Notes under the pieces: generated by a model
What the model saw: only the letters and a program-made list of their open reading frames with translations
The model's database searches: none
Told to the model about the DNA's origin: nothing
Shown here: in pieces, positions 20,460 through 30,588 of the stretch
How positions within the stretch are numbered: position 1 is the first letter of the stretch
How the letters are laid out: each line of letters begins with the position of its first letter
Position numbers and translations under genes: made by a program
Source: Candidatus Hydrogenedentota bacterium
GTDB lineage: Bacteria > Hydrogenedentota > Hydrogenedentia > Hydrogenedentales > CAITNO01
DNA: 64,000 nucleotides
Assembly: GCA_012730105.1 (NCBI GenBank)
Contig: JAAYBJ010000284.1
Coordinates: forward strand, 7,872 to 71,871
Direction of reading: 5' to 3'

Positions 20460-22736
20460 TTAGAGAGTCACCGTATCCGCCTTCATGGTCAGGGTCCATC
20501 GGTTGCCCTCCCGTTGAATCGTCATGGCGCGCTGCATTGTATCGCCATCCAAAGGCCCTTCCTGTCCGGTCCAGGGACACTTGACCACCGGTATCGCACC
20601 CGTTTCGGATTCGATTACCACTGTGGTAACGCACCCATCTTTCATTGTCGCCGAAACGAGGAAAGCGCCTACAGCACGCAATGCAGCGAAGGAGACCTCT
20701 TTCCAACTTTCCGGTATGGCCGGGAATACCCGGATCGTTCCCGTATGGCTTTGCAGCAGCATTTCATTCAAACCGGCGGCAAACGCGAAGTTGCCTTCAA
20801 GCGTAAAGGGTCTGTAGGTAAACTCGCTGTGTCCTTTACCGGACTGGTCGCCGTTACAATGGAAACCATTACGCAGCACGAAGGCTTCCGCGAATGTTTT
20901 CAGCGCCTTTTCCGCCGTGGCGCCGTCACCCGCACGGGCCGCGATGGATGCCAGCCATGAAAAGCTGTAGCCTGTCCACCAATCCGTCCCCAATCTCTTG
21001 AGATCCTCCAGTGTGGCGCGAATCGTCCGTTCATCGTCAACCCCGTTGGAAATATCCACGAGGCCCAGGGGATGAATCGCCATGGCGTGGGAAAAATGGC
21101 GATGTGACGCTTTGAGGGGATGCCCTTCGGCCACCAGCAAGGCGCCTGAACTGTCCAGCGCCAGCGGCGGCATTTCTTCCAGCGCATTGCGCCAGCGTTT
21201 CGTGTCTTCCGGCTTGTTTAGTTCCAGGGCAAGTTCCGCTGTTTTTTCAAACGTCCACCTGATTAACGCATTATCATAATTGGTGATGGACGGGAACCAG
21301 GCCTCGGGATTGTTATCATTGATTTCCGGGGAAGAACTAAGCGGCAGGGTTCTTTTCCCGCCGGTGTCGCGCTCATTTGTCACCGCTTCCAGGAAAATGG
21401 CAACCGCTTCAAGCCACGGATAAGCCCGTTCCTCCAGGAAGCGCCGGTCCCGGCTGAATAGCCAATGCAGGTAGAAATGATGGGCAAGCCAGGCCCCGGT
21501 GGTGGCGGAATGGGTGTACTGGCGCCAGCCGCCGATTTGTTTCAGTTCCAGATCGCTTGTCATAGGCACGTTCAAACCGGGCATGCCGAAGAAACGGTGC
21601 GTCCAGTCTTCGGCATTACGCCGGTTTTCCCAGAGCCAATCCAGGAAGCCGAGCCCCTCCTCAAGGCGGTTGCCGCTGTAACACGGCCAATAACTCAGCT
21701 GCGTGTTCAAGTCATGATGGTAATCCCCTTTCCACGGGGGGAGTTTGCCGTCATCCGCGGTCCACGGCCCCTGCAGCGTGATAGGCGGCGCCGCACGACG
21801 GGCGGCCGCGCCAAATTTATACATATCCAGGTACCACTGCTTTTCGATGGCTGGATCAGGCACCTGAATTCTTCCCTTTTCCCAAAAGCCCCGCCACCAG
21901 TGTTCATGGGAAACACGCAAGGTCTCAACCCGTTCGAGGGCGCCTTCCGCCCGTTCACGCGCAATGGCTTCTGGGTCGGAACCCTCATAACTTGAAGCGA
22001 TGCTCCACGCGGCCACGGTTCCCGTTGCCGTATCCCGCCGGCACAAAGCGGCCGCGAAAGAGAAGTCTTCATACCCTTGTTGCCTAAAGGTGGAACTGTT
22101 TCCTTCCATGCGCCGTTCCGGCGGGGGATATCCCAGACTGGAGAGTTCCCCCATAACAAAGCCTTTGGAAACGTTGTTATCCTCCGAACCCGCGAAGTCC
22201 GGCGCTTTCAGCAAAAGTGAGGCCCCGGGAGCCCCTTCAATTTCAATGATCCCCACCGCCTCTTCGGCGTGTATCCAGACGCGTATTACGACGCCGCCAT
22301 CAAGCGTTATTTCTGAAACCCCGCTTGTCACCTGCAGACGCCCCTCGGAAAAGCTCACCTGTTGGGGAAAAGTGATTTCTATTCTTCCCGCGGGAATTTT
22401 GGTGGGTGCGGGACGGTGGTAGGGTTCATCGTAAAGCGCTTTAAGTTCATCATAACGTCTTTCCCGTTCCCACTGACGCATTTTAACGTAGGAGTAGTCT
22501 TCGGAGTAATATTCCGGAACCGGCCGCAGATCCCACAAGTCGGTCCTGTCCAAAGAAACATACAAGGGCGCTCCCTCTCCCCATACCAGGGCCCCCAGCA
22601 CGCCGTTTCCCAAGGGGAACGCTTCATCCCAGGTGGCCGCGGGCACGGTATACTGCAAACCGTGTTCCGCATTTGGCAACTCGTCGGCAAAAGAGAACAG
22701 GGAGAGTGTTCCCATAAGGATACAGAGGGAGCTCAT
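20460..22736 (-). CDS. Secreted glycoside hydrolase, GH95-like (alpha-L-fucosidase family) by N-terminal signature
   Basis: 758 aa. Signal peptide. N-terminus WDEAFPLGNGVLGALVWGEGAP…LDRTDLWD resembles the GH95/GH65 N-terminal domain motif (W.EALPIGNGRLGAMVFG…TLW). Size fits GH95. Confidence 0.55.
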   Translation of the reverse strand: MSSLCILMGTLSLFSFADELPNAEHGLQYTVPAATWDEAFPLGNGVLGALVWGEGAPLYVSLDRTDLWDLRPVPEYYSEDYSYVKMRQWERERRYDELKALYDEPYHRPAPTKIPAGRIEITFPQQVSFSEGRLQVTSGVSEITLDGGVVIRVWIHAEEAVGIIEIEGAPGASLLLKAPDFAGSEDNNVSKGFVMGELSSLGYPPPERRMEGNSSTFRQQGYEDFSFAAALCRRDTATGTVAAWSIASSYEGSDPEAIARERAEGALERVETLRVSHEHWWRGFWEKGRIQVPDPAIEKQWYLDMYKFGAAARRAAPPITLQGPWTADDGKLPPWKGDYHHDLNTQLSYWPCYSGNRLEEGLGFLDWLWENRRNAEDWTHRFFGMPGLNVPMTSDLELKQIGGWRQYTHSATTGAWLAHHFYLHWLFSRDRRFLEERAYPWLEAVAIFLEAVTNERDTGGKRTLPLSSSPEINDNNPEAWFPSITNYDNALIRWTFEKTAELALELNKPEDTKRWRNALEEMPPLALDSSGALLVAEGHPLKASHRHFSHAMAIHPLGLVDISNGVDDERTIRATLEDLKRLGTDWWTGYSFSWLASIAARAGDGATAEKALKTFAEAFVLRNGFHCNGDQSGKGHSEFTYRPFTLEGNFAFAAGLNEMLLQSHTGTIRVFPAIPESWKEVSFAALRAVGAFLVSATMKDGCVTTVVIESETGAIPVVKCPWTGQEGPLDGDTMQRAMTIQREGNRWTLTMKADTVTL

Positions 22737-22781
22737 ACGATAATTCCTTTCAAAAAGGGCCAGTTGCCCCGGGAAGCGGCA

Positions 22782-23831
22782 TCATTTCGCGTCTTCCAGT
22801 TCTTTGGGAGTACGCATGACGGCGATGGCATCATCGTAACCGATACTGCCCTCCGAATACAGTTTCTTGACACTGCGGTCCATAGTCAGCATGCCGGTCT
22901 TGGCGCTCGTCTCCAAAATGCTGTAAATCTGATGGGTCTTGTTTTCACGTATCAAGTTACCGATTGCCTGATTGTTGCGGAGCACCTCGCACGCCAGCAC
23001 GCGCCCCTTGCCGTCCTTCCGAGGCAAAAGCCGCTGGGAAATAATCGCAAGCAGGGTTGATGAAAGTTGGAAACGGATCTGCTGCTGCTGCATCGCGGGA
23101 AACACGTCCACAATACGATCCACCGTCTGAATGGCGTCGTTGGTATGGAGTGTCGCGAAGATAAGATGGCCTGTTTCAGCGGCTGTCAGGGCCGCCTGGA
23201 TGGTTTCAATATCCCGCATTTCTCCGATCAGAATGACATCGGGATTTTGCCGGAGCACATATTTCAAGGCGCTGGAAAAACTGTGGGTGTCTCCGCCCAC
23301 TTCACGCTGATCGACAATACTGTGACGATGAAGATGAATATACTCGATGGGGTCTTCAATGGTGATGATGTGGCAGGCGCGGTTCGTATTGATCAGATCT
23401 ATCAGCGATGCCTGCGTGGTCGTTTTTCCGCTTCCGGTGGGCCCCGTCACCAGAACAAGTCCCTGTTTCGCCTTTGCAAGCCCTTTGACATGCTCCGGAA
23501 GTCCAAGTTCGGACAGACTTGGAATTTCTTCGGGAATGGGGCGCAAAGCGGCAGTCACCGCACCTTTCTGATAATACACATTTACACGAAAGCGGTGCTT
23601 GCCGCCCGCGGCCAGGGAAAAATCCAATTCCTTGTCCTTCTCAAAAGACTCCTGCTGTTCCTTTGTCAAAAAACCATAGATCAGGGCCTTTGCCTGTTCC
23701 GGCGTAAAGGGTTCGGTTTTGTGGCGAAACAGTTGCCCGTTAACGCGCAAAATAGGGGGGGCGCCGGCGCTGATCAGCAAATCGGAGGCTTTCTCCTGTC
23801 GAACAAGATCAAAAAGGGCCTTGATATTCAT
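22782..23831 (-). CDS. pilT: Type IV pilus retraction ATPase PilT (twitching motility)
   Basis: Walker A GPTGSGKTTT, PilT-type N-terminus (MNIKALFDL…ASDLLISAGAPP). Start chosen at the Met with GGGAGAG RBS. The ORF track extends 11 codons further. Confidence 0.85.
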   Translation of the reverse strand: MNIKALFDLVRQEKASDLLISAGAPPILRVNGQLFRHKTEPFTPEQAKALIYGFLTKEQQESFEKDKELDFSLAAGGKHRFRVNVYYQKGAVTAALRPIPEEIPSLSELGLPEHVKGLAKAKQGLVLVTGPTGSGKTTTQASLIDLINTNRACHIITIEDPIEYIHLHRHSIVDQREVGGDTHSFSSALKYVLRQNPDVILIGEMRDIETIQAALTAAETGHLIFATLHTNDAIQTVDRIVDVFPAMQQQQIRFQLSSTLLAIISQRLLPRKDGKGRVLACEVLRNNQAIGNLIRENKTHQIYSILETSAKTGMLTMDRSVKKLYSEGSIGYDDAIAVMRTPKELEDAK

Positions 23832-24047
23832 AGAACTCTCCCGTCGGGATTGCCCCGGACGCATTTAGGGTTCCCATCCTACTGCAGTTGCCTTTTGCTG
23901 TTTATTTTAACATGACACACGATGTAAACCGAAGCACTTCCCATACCAGAGCCGGTTTTGATTCCGGCAATCGTGATTCTATACACTCTATTTTTGAACA
24001 GAGTCCAAGAATTCCGTAACCACACACTTTTCGTATGCAAGAGGAAC

Positions 24048-24824
24048 ATGTCTACGCCGCAAATTTTACTTACCAATGACGATGGCATCGGCGCGCCGGG
24101 CCTTCACTATCTGGCCGAGGCGCTTTCGACGGTTGGAGATATACACGTTTACGCGCCCGACCGCCAGCGCAGCGCTGTCGGTCACGGGGTCAGTCTCCAT
24201 TTACCCCTGCGGGTCACAGAGATACGCCCGCGATGGCATATGGTTGACGGGACTCCCGCGGATTGTGTCATTCTCGCAGTCCGCAAATTACTGGGTTTTC
24301 GTCCCGACCTGGTGGTCTCCGGCATCAATCCCGGCGCGAATCTTGGCGATGATGTTACCTATTCGGGCACGGTGGCCGGCGCTTTTGAGGGCATGCTGCT
24401 GGGCATCCCTTCCTTTGCCATATCCATTGTCACGCATCAACCCAAACACTTTGAAACAGCCCAACGCGCGGCCAGCCTGCTTGCCACGCTCATCCTGCGA
24501 CAAGGACTGCCTCAGGACATCATGCTGAACGTCAATCTTCCGGATATTCCACCGGAGGATATTACCGGCATTGAGGCAACAACCATGGGCCGCCGTAACT
24601 ACCAGGATGAAATTGTGGAACGCAAAGATCCCAGGAATGGCACCTATTACTGGATAGGGGGTGACATGCCGGATCATTACGCCACCCCGGGATCCGATTT
24701 TGAAGCGGTAGGCAATCAACGGGTCAGCGTGACGCCTCTCAAACGCAACCTCACGGAATACGATTCGCTGGACGACTTGAGAGGGACCCTGTCTTCGCTG
24801 TCGTACCACGACAAAAACCGTTAA
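24048..24824 (+). CDS. surE: 5'/3'-nucleotidase SurE
   Basis: N-terminus MSTPQILLTNDDGIGAPGL is the canonical SurE motif. AGAGGA RBS 5 nt upstream. The ORF track starts 30 codons earlier at 23958. Confidence 0.85.
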   Translation: MSTPQILLTNDDGIGAPGLHYLAEALSTVGDIHVYAPDRQRSAVGHGVSLHLPLRVTEIRPRWHMVDGTPADCVILAVRKLLGFRPDLVVSGINPGANLGDDVTYSGTVAGAFEGMLLGIPSFAISIVTHQPKHFETAQRAASLLATLILRQGLPQDIMLNVNLPDIPPEDITGIEATTMGRRNYQDEIVERKDPRNGTYYWIGGDMPDHYATPGSDFEAVGNQRVSVTPLKRNLTEYDSLDDLRGTLSSLSYHDKNR

Positions 24825-24899
24825 GGCGCAAGTAAGCGCCCTTTCGCCCATGTTACTTGTTAAACGCAACCCTATCGTTCTCACAGGAACTTCGGTACC

Positions 24900-25886
24900 A
24901 TGCAGGATGGCGAGGCATCAGATGTAAATAGCCAGCCCAGGGAGATCCAGACGGAAAGCGCTTCACTCTCCCGCCGTTTTCTCGCGCTTTTCCTGTATCT
25001 TGGCTTCGCACCGACCGCCTGCTTTCTTCGCGGCAAACATGCTAGCCCCTATGGGCGAATACACCTCAGGCAGGCTTTGACCTTGTGGAGCGCCCTTGGA
25101 ATCCTTGGCCTGCTTATGCTATCCATCATTGTGTGCTACTCCGTCCTTGTGGTCCGGGACCGTTCGTGGGCGGAAAGCCGTTCCGCAGAAGTCTGGATTC
25201 TCAGTTTCGGACGCAAATGCCTGCTCGTCTGGTCCGTGTTTTGGTTTTTGGGGATCTGGCGTTGCCTTCGAGGGTCTTCCCACCCGGTGCCTTACCTTGA
25301 CTGGCTCTCCCGACGAGTCTGTTTCCGGCGCCTCGGGAGCATCATCGTAAGCCTCTTCTTTGTGGCCATGCTTACCCTCGTGCCGTTCACGTTGTATGCC
25401 GACCATCTCGCCACGGGTGAACCCGAGAAAGGGAGGGTGTTTTTGCTCTACGATGATTTGGACATCTTCCCCCGCCCCCTTTTTTCAGTGGCCATGTACC
25501 GTATGATTCGAGAAACGCTTCATCGCTGGGGGCCCGACAGCGCCGTATTGCTGCCGCTCACCCGAGAGAATATTGACCTTTCCCTCGCCACGGGAAAGAT
25601 TGTTTTCATCGGCTCCCATGGCACTTCCAAAGGCCTGCTTCTTCGGGACGGCTATTATCGGCCCCAGGATGTGGCAATACGGAATGGGGGAAAGGGCCCC
25701 CTGTACGTCTACCTGGCTGGATGTGACAGCGGCACACAGCGCGAGGCCTGGGAGCGGGCGTTCAGCCCCGCCACCGTCAAAAGTTACGACAGAATGACGC
25801 CCACCCTGGAACACCTGCTGTGGTTATGGACTTCAGGGCCACGGCTGGTGCAGGAGATGTCCGACACAACGGATGCACAGCGCTGA
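24900..25886 (+). CDS. 4-TM membrane protein with C-terminal caspase-like (His/Cys dyad) domain; function unknown
   Basis: 328 aa. Four hydrophobic helices in the first ~165 aa. C-terminal soluble domain has hydrophobic-strand+HG (KIVFIGSHG) and hydrophobic-strand+C (LYVYLAGCDSG) spaced ~35 aa apart, as in caspase/CHAT/metacaspase folds. Confidence 0.5.
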   Translation: MQDGEASDVNSQPREIQTESASLSRRFLALFLYLGFAPTACFLRGKHASPYGRIHLRQALTLWSALGILGLLMLSIIVCYSVLVVRDRSWAESRSAEVWILSFGRKCLLVWSVFWFLGIWRCLRGSSHPVPYLDWLSRRVCFRRLGSIIVSLFFVAMLTLVPFTLYADHLATGEPEKGRVFLLYDDLDIFPRPLFSVAMYRMIRETLHRWGPDSAVLLPLTRENIDLSLATGKIVFIGSHGTSKGLLLRDGYYRPQDVAIRNGGKGPLYVYLAGCDSGTQREAWERAFSPATVKSYDRMTPTLEHLLWLWTSGPRLVQEMSDTTDAQR

Positions 25887-25894
25887 CGCCCCAA

Positions 25895-26695
25895 CTATTT
25901 CAGTCCCAGCACATCCTGCATATCATACAAGCCGGGAGGCGCGGCGACAGCGAAATGGGCGGCACGCAAGGCGCCACGGGCGAAATTATCCCGGCTGTGA
26001 GCCTTGTGTGTCAGTTCAATTCGTTCACCACAGCCGATAAAAGAAACCGTGTGTTCTCCGACCACGTCACCGCCACGAATGGCATGCACACCAATTTGTC
26101 TTTCCGGCCTGGCCCCGACCATCCCTTCCCGTCCAAAAACGGTATCACCTGGATATTCCAATCCAAGTCCCCGAGCCACCTGTTCCGCCAGTCGGACGGC
26201 CGTGCCACTGGGACTGTCCTTCTTTTGGTTGTGGTGTATTTCCACGATTTCAGCATTGTACTCAAGCCCCAGCCGTTGGGCTACTTCTCTGGCGAGTTTA
26301 AAGAGCAGATTGACACCCATACTCATATTAGGCGCATAAACGATCGGGATTTTGGATGAAAACACGCGAAGTTCTTCCACCTGCGCTGCTGAAAGACCCG
26401 TGGTGCCGATAACCGCCGCTAGTCCTGACGCGTACGCGGCCCCCACATTGCCGAGACAAGACTCCGCGGAGGTGAAATCGATCAGGACGTCGGCCTCCAT
26501 GAGTTGTGAGGCGGCGTCAGCGCCTAGTCTTACCTGATGCGGCATGCCCCGGGAATCCATCAATTGCAAATCCCGGCCGGCGAACTGCGACAGGTCGAAA
26601 GCCCCGGCAATTCTGGTATTTTCCGTCAAAATGGATAGTTCCATTATACGGCGGCCCATCCGGCCGCAGGCGCCTGCGACACATATCGATACCAT
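25895..26695 (-). CDS. dapB: 4-hydroxy-tetrahydrodipicolinate reductase
   Basis: 266 aa. N-terminus SICVAGACGRMGRRI (NAD-binding). Typical DapB length. Confidence 0.85.
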   Translation of the reverse strand: MVSICVAGACGRMGRRIMELSILTENTRIAGAFDLSQFAGRDLQLMDSRGMPHQVRLGADAASQLMEADVLIDFTSAESCLGNVGAAYASGLAAVIGTTGLSAAQVEELRVFSSKIPIVYAPNMSMGVNLLFKLAREVAQRLGLEYNAEIVEIHHNQKKDSPSGTAVRLAEQVARGLGLEYPGDTVFGREGMVGARPERQIGVHAIRGGDVVGEHTVSFIGCGERIELTHKAHSRDNFARGALRAAHFAVAAPPGLYDMQDVLGLK

Positions 26696-26715
26696 GCGTT
26701 ACTCTCCTTGCCTGA

Positions 26716-29700
26716 TTAGTTCAGGGCGCTTAGCGCCCAGTTGATATCGTACCCCGTATCTGACACCGTAAGCAGAATTTCCCGGACGTTTTCATAACAT
26801 GTCACGAGACTATCGCTGTCGGTGGCGGATTCCAAACGCATACTGACCAGGTTTACCAAAAACATCATAAACATCACGCGTTCAAACTGTTCCTTGTTCA
26901 CCCAGCGGCGCTGAGAATACCAATGTATCATTAGAATCGCCTGCATCTCGGGATTTTCGAACAGGGAGAACAGTACCGGCCCCCAGATTTGCACATCCAA
27001 TTCCAGCAGATCGGCACGATGCGCCAGGCAGATGCTGACCAATCGCGCATCCTGCCATGCACGCCATTCATCGCCCGAAAGCGCCTTAAATGCCTCAGCA
27101 ACCGGTTTTATCATAAGCCAATCCCGCATCCATTGATGACCCGTTTGCTCCGCCGCTGGTATTCTCCCCGGGGGATTTGGTTCATCAACTATCGGGGACG
27201 TTAAAGAAACGGATTCTTTGTCTGCCATCTTCTGGTCGTCTACCTCGGTATCCATAGACATTGATTCGGCAAGGCGGCGCATGAGACAAAAAACGATTGG
27301 AACCCGCCAGAACAACAGCAACTGTTCCGGCGGAGAATCCGCCTCGGGCAGGTTGGCGGCGAGATAGGCAAGAACCGGTTCAGGCAAACAAAGGCGTATT
27401 TCTCCTCCCATCCATTTCAACAAAACTCGCAAATCGTCATCTACGTGCCGCAGGATGGCGGCAGCATCACTCTTCTTTCCGGTGAATGCGTTCACTCCGC
27501 GCAGAAACGCGGCAAGTTTGTCCTCCCACGGACCCAATACCCGCCCATCATCGCTATAAGACAGCACATGACGAAGCATGTCGGAACACATAAATTCACG
27601 GAACGGATCCAATATCTCCTCGAGATGCATTTCCAGGTAGGCTTCCTGGACGCTGGAAACGCCGGCTCCGGCGAGTTTGCCGTGCAGACGGCCCCACGAA
27701 TTGTCGAGATCGCGTAGCTGCCGAACAAGGAAAAAAGTTTTGAACTCATAAGCATGCATTTCCAGGTGCAACCCGGTCTTCATCAGACTCTCACAGTGAT
27801 GCAGGTATTCCAGTTGCGTACATTCATCACGCCAAATAACGTAGGCCCGTGGATCCGTGTCCAAGCCCAGGGCCTCGACCAGGGATCGACGCCGAAGCAC
27901 CTTTTCTTCTGCCCGTCCCTCATTGATGGCTGTGGAAGTGTGCAGCACGCCTTTGGTGGTCGTATAGGCGTTGTTGTAGATAATAAGGGCATGCTCTTCG
28001 CCGCGCCCGTTGGCGTAGGCCATGACATTTTCATCCACCCAGCCTTCCGGGGTGGTGAAATCAAAAAGCGCGAATCGTTCCGCACCGCTGAATAGATATC
28101 GTTTTCGTACGATCGGGAAAATTTCCCGTTCGTGACGATGAATAAGGCCGGAATCGGGCTGTTCGTCCCTGTACGCCCGGCGGTATTCCATACCGTACTT
28201 TTCCGTAAGACCTTCAATCTGGCCATGCCCAAACATGGGAAGTCCCGGCATGGTCACCAGCAGCACGGAAACGCCGAAATACTTGTCGCCCTTTCCGAAT
28301 TGGGCTATCGCGGTGTCTTCATCCGGATTGTTCATGAAATTCACAAAACGCTGTAAGACTTCCGGACTGAATTCAAGCACATTTTTTATGGTCTGCCGGA
28401 ACTTGCTGTTATCCTCCATTTTCAGCATGTTCATAAACGCGCTGTTATACACGCGATGCATGCCCAAAGTACGGACAAAATATCCTTCCATCAGCCAGAA
28501 GGCTTCCGCCAACAACAGGGTGTTGGGAGCTTCCCGGGCGACACGATCCACGACTTCGCGCCAAAATTCATTGGGAAACATGCGATCAAATTCGATGCGG
28601 TCCATGCCGAAAGCCGCCCGCGACGGAATGGCCCCGGCATCGCCCGGTTTGGGAAACCAAAGCCGCTGGTAGTGCCGCTTGGCAAGGGTCATGGCGGCAT
28701 CGAATCGTATTATAGGGAAGCGGCGTGCCACTTGAAGTATTGTCTGAATGACCGCTTCCCGCGTATCCTGCAGCATGAAATTTAACTGTGCCGTATCATT
28801 CCACGGCATGCTGGTGCCGTCATTGCCGTGATAAATATAGGTGTTCTTACCGGTCCTTCGGTCCGTGCGTCTGAAGACGACCGCAGCGTCTTTATGGGTC
28901 CAATACCCATCTTCAATGAACAGTCCCACCCGGTCATCTTGGGATAAATCAGGACCATCGAAATGATAGGCGGGGAACGGGGGCTGCTCCAGTTGCAGGA
29001 AGCGTTCAGGATGTTCAATCATCCATTTTGAATAGATGCCCATATGGTTGGGCACCATGTCGCCGGCCAGGCGAATTCCCCGGAGCCCGGCACGATGGGC
29101 GAGATCCTGCAAGGCCGCTTCTCCCCCCAAGTCTTCTGATATCGAATAGTCGTACAAACTATAGGCGGAAGCGGCCGCCTCCGCATTGCCCATGCGCCGC
29201 TTAATCTCCTGCGATGCCGAAGACCGTTCCCAGACACCGATGAGCCACAGGGCGTTAATACCCCAATGCGCGAGTTGATCCAGTTCCGCATCGGGGATGT
29301 CGCTCAGAAAGGCAAGATGTCGCCCGTATTTTTTCGACAATTGGTCAAGCCATACATAGGCTAGTTTGGCCAGCAAGACCACATTAGGCATCCAGTCCTC
29401 ATCGCGGGAAAAGGCTTCCGGCTCCGCGTAATCCGCTTCGCTGAAGGAATACGCGGAAACCGGGCCGGGACCCCACCCCCGAAAGAAGGTTTCTTCCTGC
29501 ATTACTCCGCGTGCGATGAACCAGCGTTCGACAATATCCGCCGGCAACAGATGGCGCCATCGGTTAATCAGGTATTCCAGTTGCCCTTCCAGCGAATCCG
29601 GGCACCTGCGTATGGGCTCCCTGAGGGTTTCAAACAACGTCTGTTGTGTATGTGGGGAAGGGGGCTGCGTGTTCAGCCAGGATTCGAACTCGCCGACAAA

Positions 29701-30279
29701 ACAATACAAGGGCGTTTTTGCCTGCAATGCCGTGTCATCGTACAGGGGGAGAAATCGCTTTAACGCAGGGTTTTCGTGGGCCACCCTCAAAATAAATAGT
29801 TCCCAGAGCGCGTAGTCCGTGTGAGAATGATCATTACTGGTTCCATCCAGAAATTGACGGGCTGACACCGTATTCTCAAGCACGGGCCGCGGAGGATAGT
29901 ACGCGACGAAGGATGCCAACACCTCGTCTGCTTTCTTTTTGCCCAACGTTGCGCAAACATGGGAGAGACCCTGCCCCAGGATCCCCGGAAAACTGATTCT
30001 GGTATACAAGGCCAGCAAATGCCGATAGGCCTCATGAAGCAGCATTAAAGCCAGCAGTTCACCTGAACGTATCGTTTCCGTCGCTTTCGCGTCATCCGAC
30101 ACCCTCTTGTTAAAGGCGTCAGACAACAACCTCGCATACTGCATCCTGCTTGCCGCGGGATCAACTGATGCCCGTGCGACAAGGGCGTCCGCGTCATACA
30201 AGACACGGGCGTCCATGTTCAGAGAAAGCCCGCAGGGAAAATAGAAATCATTCTCCCCGCGTTTTAAAACTTTATTCAT
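26716..30279 (-). CDS. Large cytoplasmic GH13 (alpha-amylase family) protein with long uncharacterised N-terminal region
   Basis: 1187 aa, no signal peptide. GH13 regions I-IV present: GDMVPNH, IIRFDAAM (nucleophile Asp), LLLAEAFW (acid/base Glu), FMNNPDED. Confidence 0.7.
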   Translation of the reverse strand: MNKVLKRGENDFYFPCGLSLNMDARVLYDADALVARASVDPAASRMQYARLLSDAFNKRVSDDAKATETIRSGELLALMLLHEAYRHLLALYTRISFPGILGQGLSHVCATLGKKKADEVLASFVAYYPPRPVLENTVSARQFLDGTSNDHSHTDYALWELFILRVAHENPALKRFLPLYDDTALQAKTPLYCFVGEFESWLNTQPPSPHTQQTLFETLREPIRRCPDSLEGQLEYLINRWRHLLPADIVERWFIARGVMQEETFFRGWGPGPVSAYSFSEADYAEPEAFSRDEDWMPNVVLLAKLAYVWLDQLSKKYGRHLAFLSDIPDAELDQLAHWGINALWLIGVWERSSASQEIKRRMGNAEAAASAYSLYDYSISEDLGGEAALQDLAHRAGLRGIRLAGDMVPNHMGIYSKWMIEHPERFLQLEQPPFPAYHFDGPDLSQDDRVGLFIEDGYWTHKDAAVVFRRTDRRTGKNTYIYHGNDGTSMPWNDTAQLNFMLQDTREAVIQTILQVARRFPIIRFDAAMTLAKRHYQRLWFPKPGDAGAIPSRAAFGMDRIEFDRMFPNEFWREVVDRVAREAPNTLLLAEAFWLMEGYFVRTLGMHRVYNSAFMNMLKMEDNSKFRQTIKNVLEFSPEVLQRFVNFMNNPDEDTAIAQFGKGDKYFGVSVLLVTMPGLPMFGHGQIEGLTEKYGMEYRRAYRDEQPDSGLIHRHEREIFPIVRKRYLFSGAERFALFDFTTPEGWVDENVMAYANGRGEEHALIIYNNAYTTTKGVLHTSTAINEGRAEEKVLRRRSLVEALGLDTDPRAYVIWRDECTQLEYLHHCESLMKTGLHLEMHAYEFKTFFLVRQLRDLDNSWGRLHGKLAGAGVSSVQEAYLEMHLEEILDPFREFMCSDMLRHVLSYSDDGRVLGPWEDKLAAFLRGVNAFTGKKSDAAAILRHVDDDLRVLLKWMGGEIRLCLPEPVLAYLAANLPEADSPPEQLLLFWRVPIVFCLMRRLAESMSMDTEVDDQKMADKESVSLTSPIVDEPNPPGRIPAAEQTGHQWMRDWLMIKPVAEAFKALSGDEWRAWQDARLVSICLAHRADLLELDVQIWGPVLFSLFENPEMQAILMIHWYSQRRWVNKEQFERVMFMMFLVNLVSMRLESATDSDSLVTCYENVREILLTVSDTGYDINWALSALN

Positions 30280-30588
30280 GTTATTCCTTCAGCATTAAAG
30301 CGCAGGTAACGTTTCCCCATCCCCGAATCCGCTGCTTGCTGCAGGGAAACCACCGAAAGCAATTAAGCATATATGATAACACCCCGAAATTGCCACGATG
30401 CAATAGATTGGGCTTCCGTCTGTTCTATCGACGGCTGTTTCCCGGGAAACAGGTTTATTTTACCACACACGCCGTGTCGCCATGTTGTTGCCTTACGAAG
30501 TGGTGTTATATACTCTGAAATAGTGGCCTTATTGTAATCAGGATATATACACGACCTTTGTGTACCAACGCATCAGGATGTATTTGCT

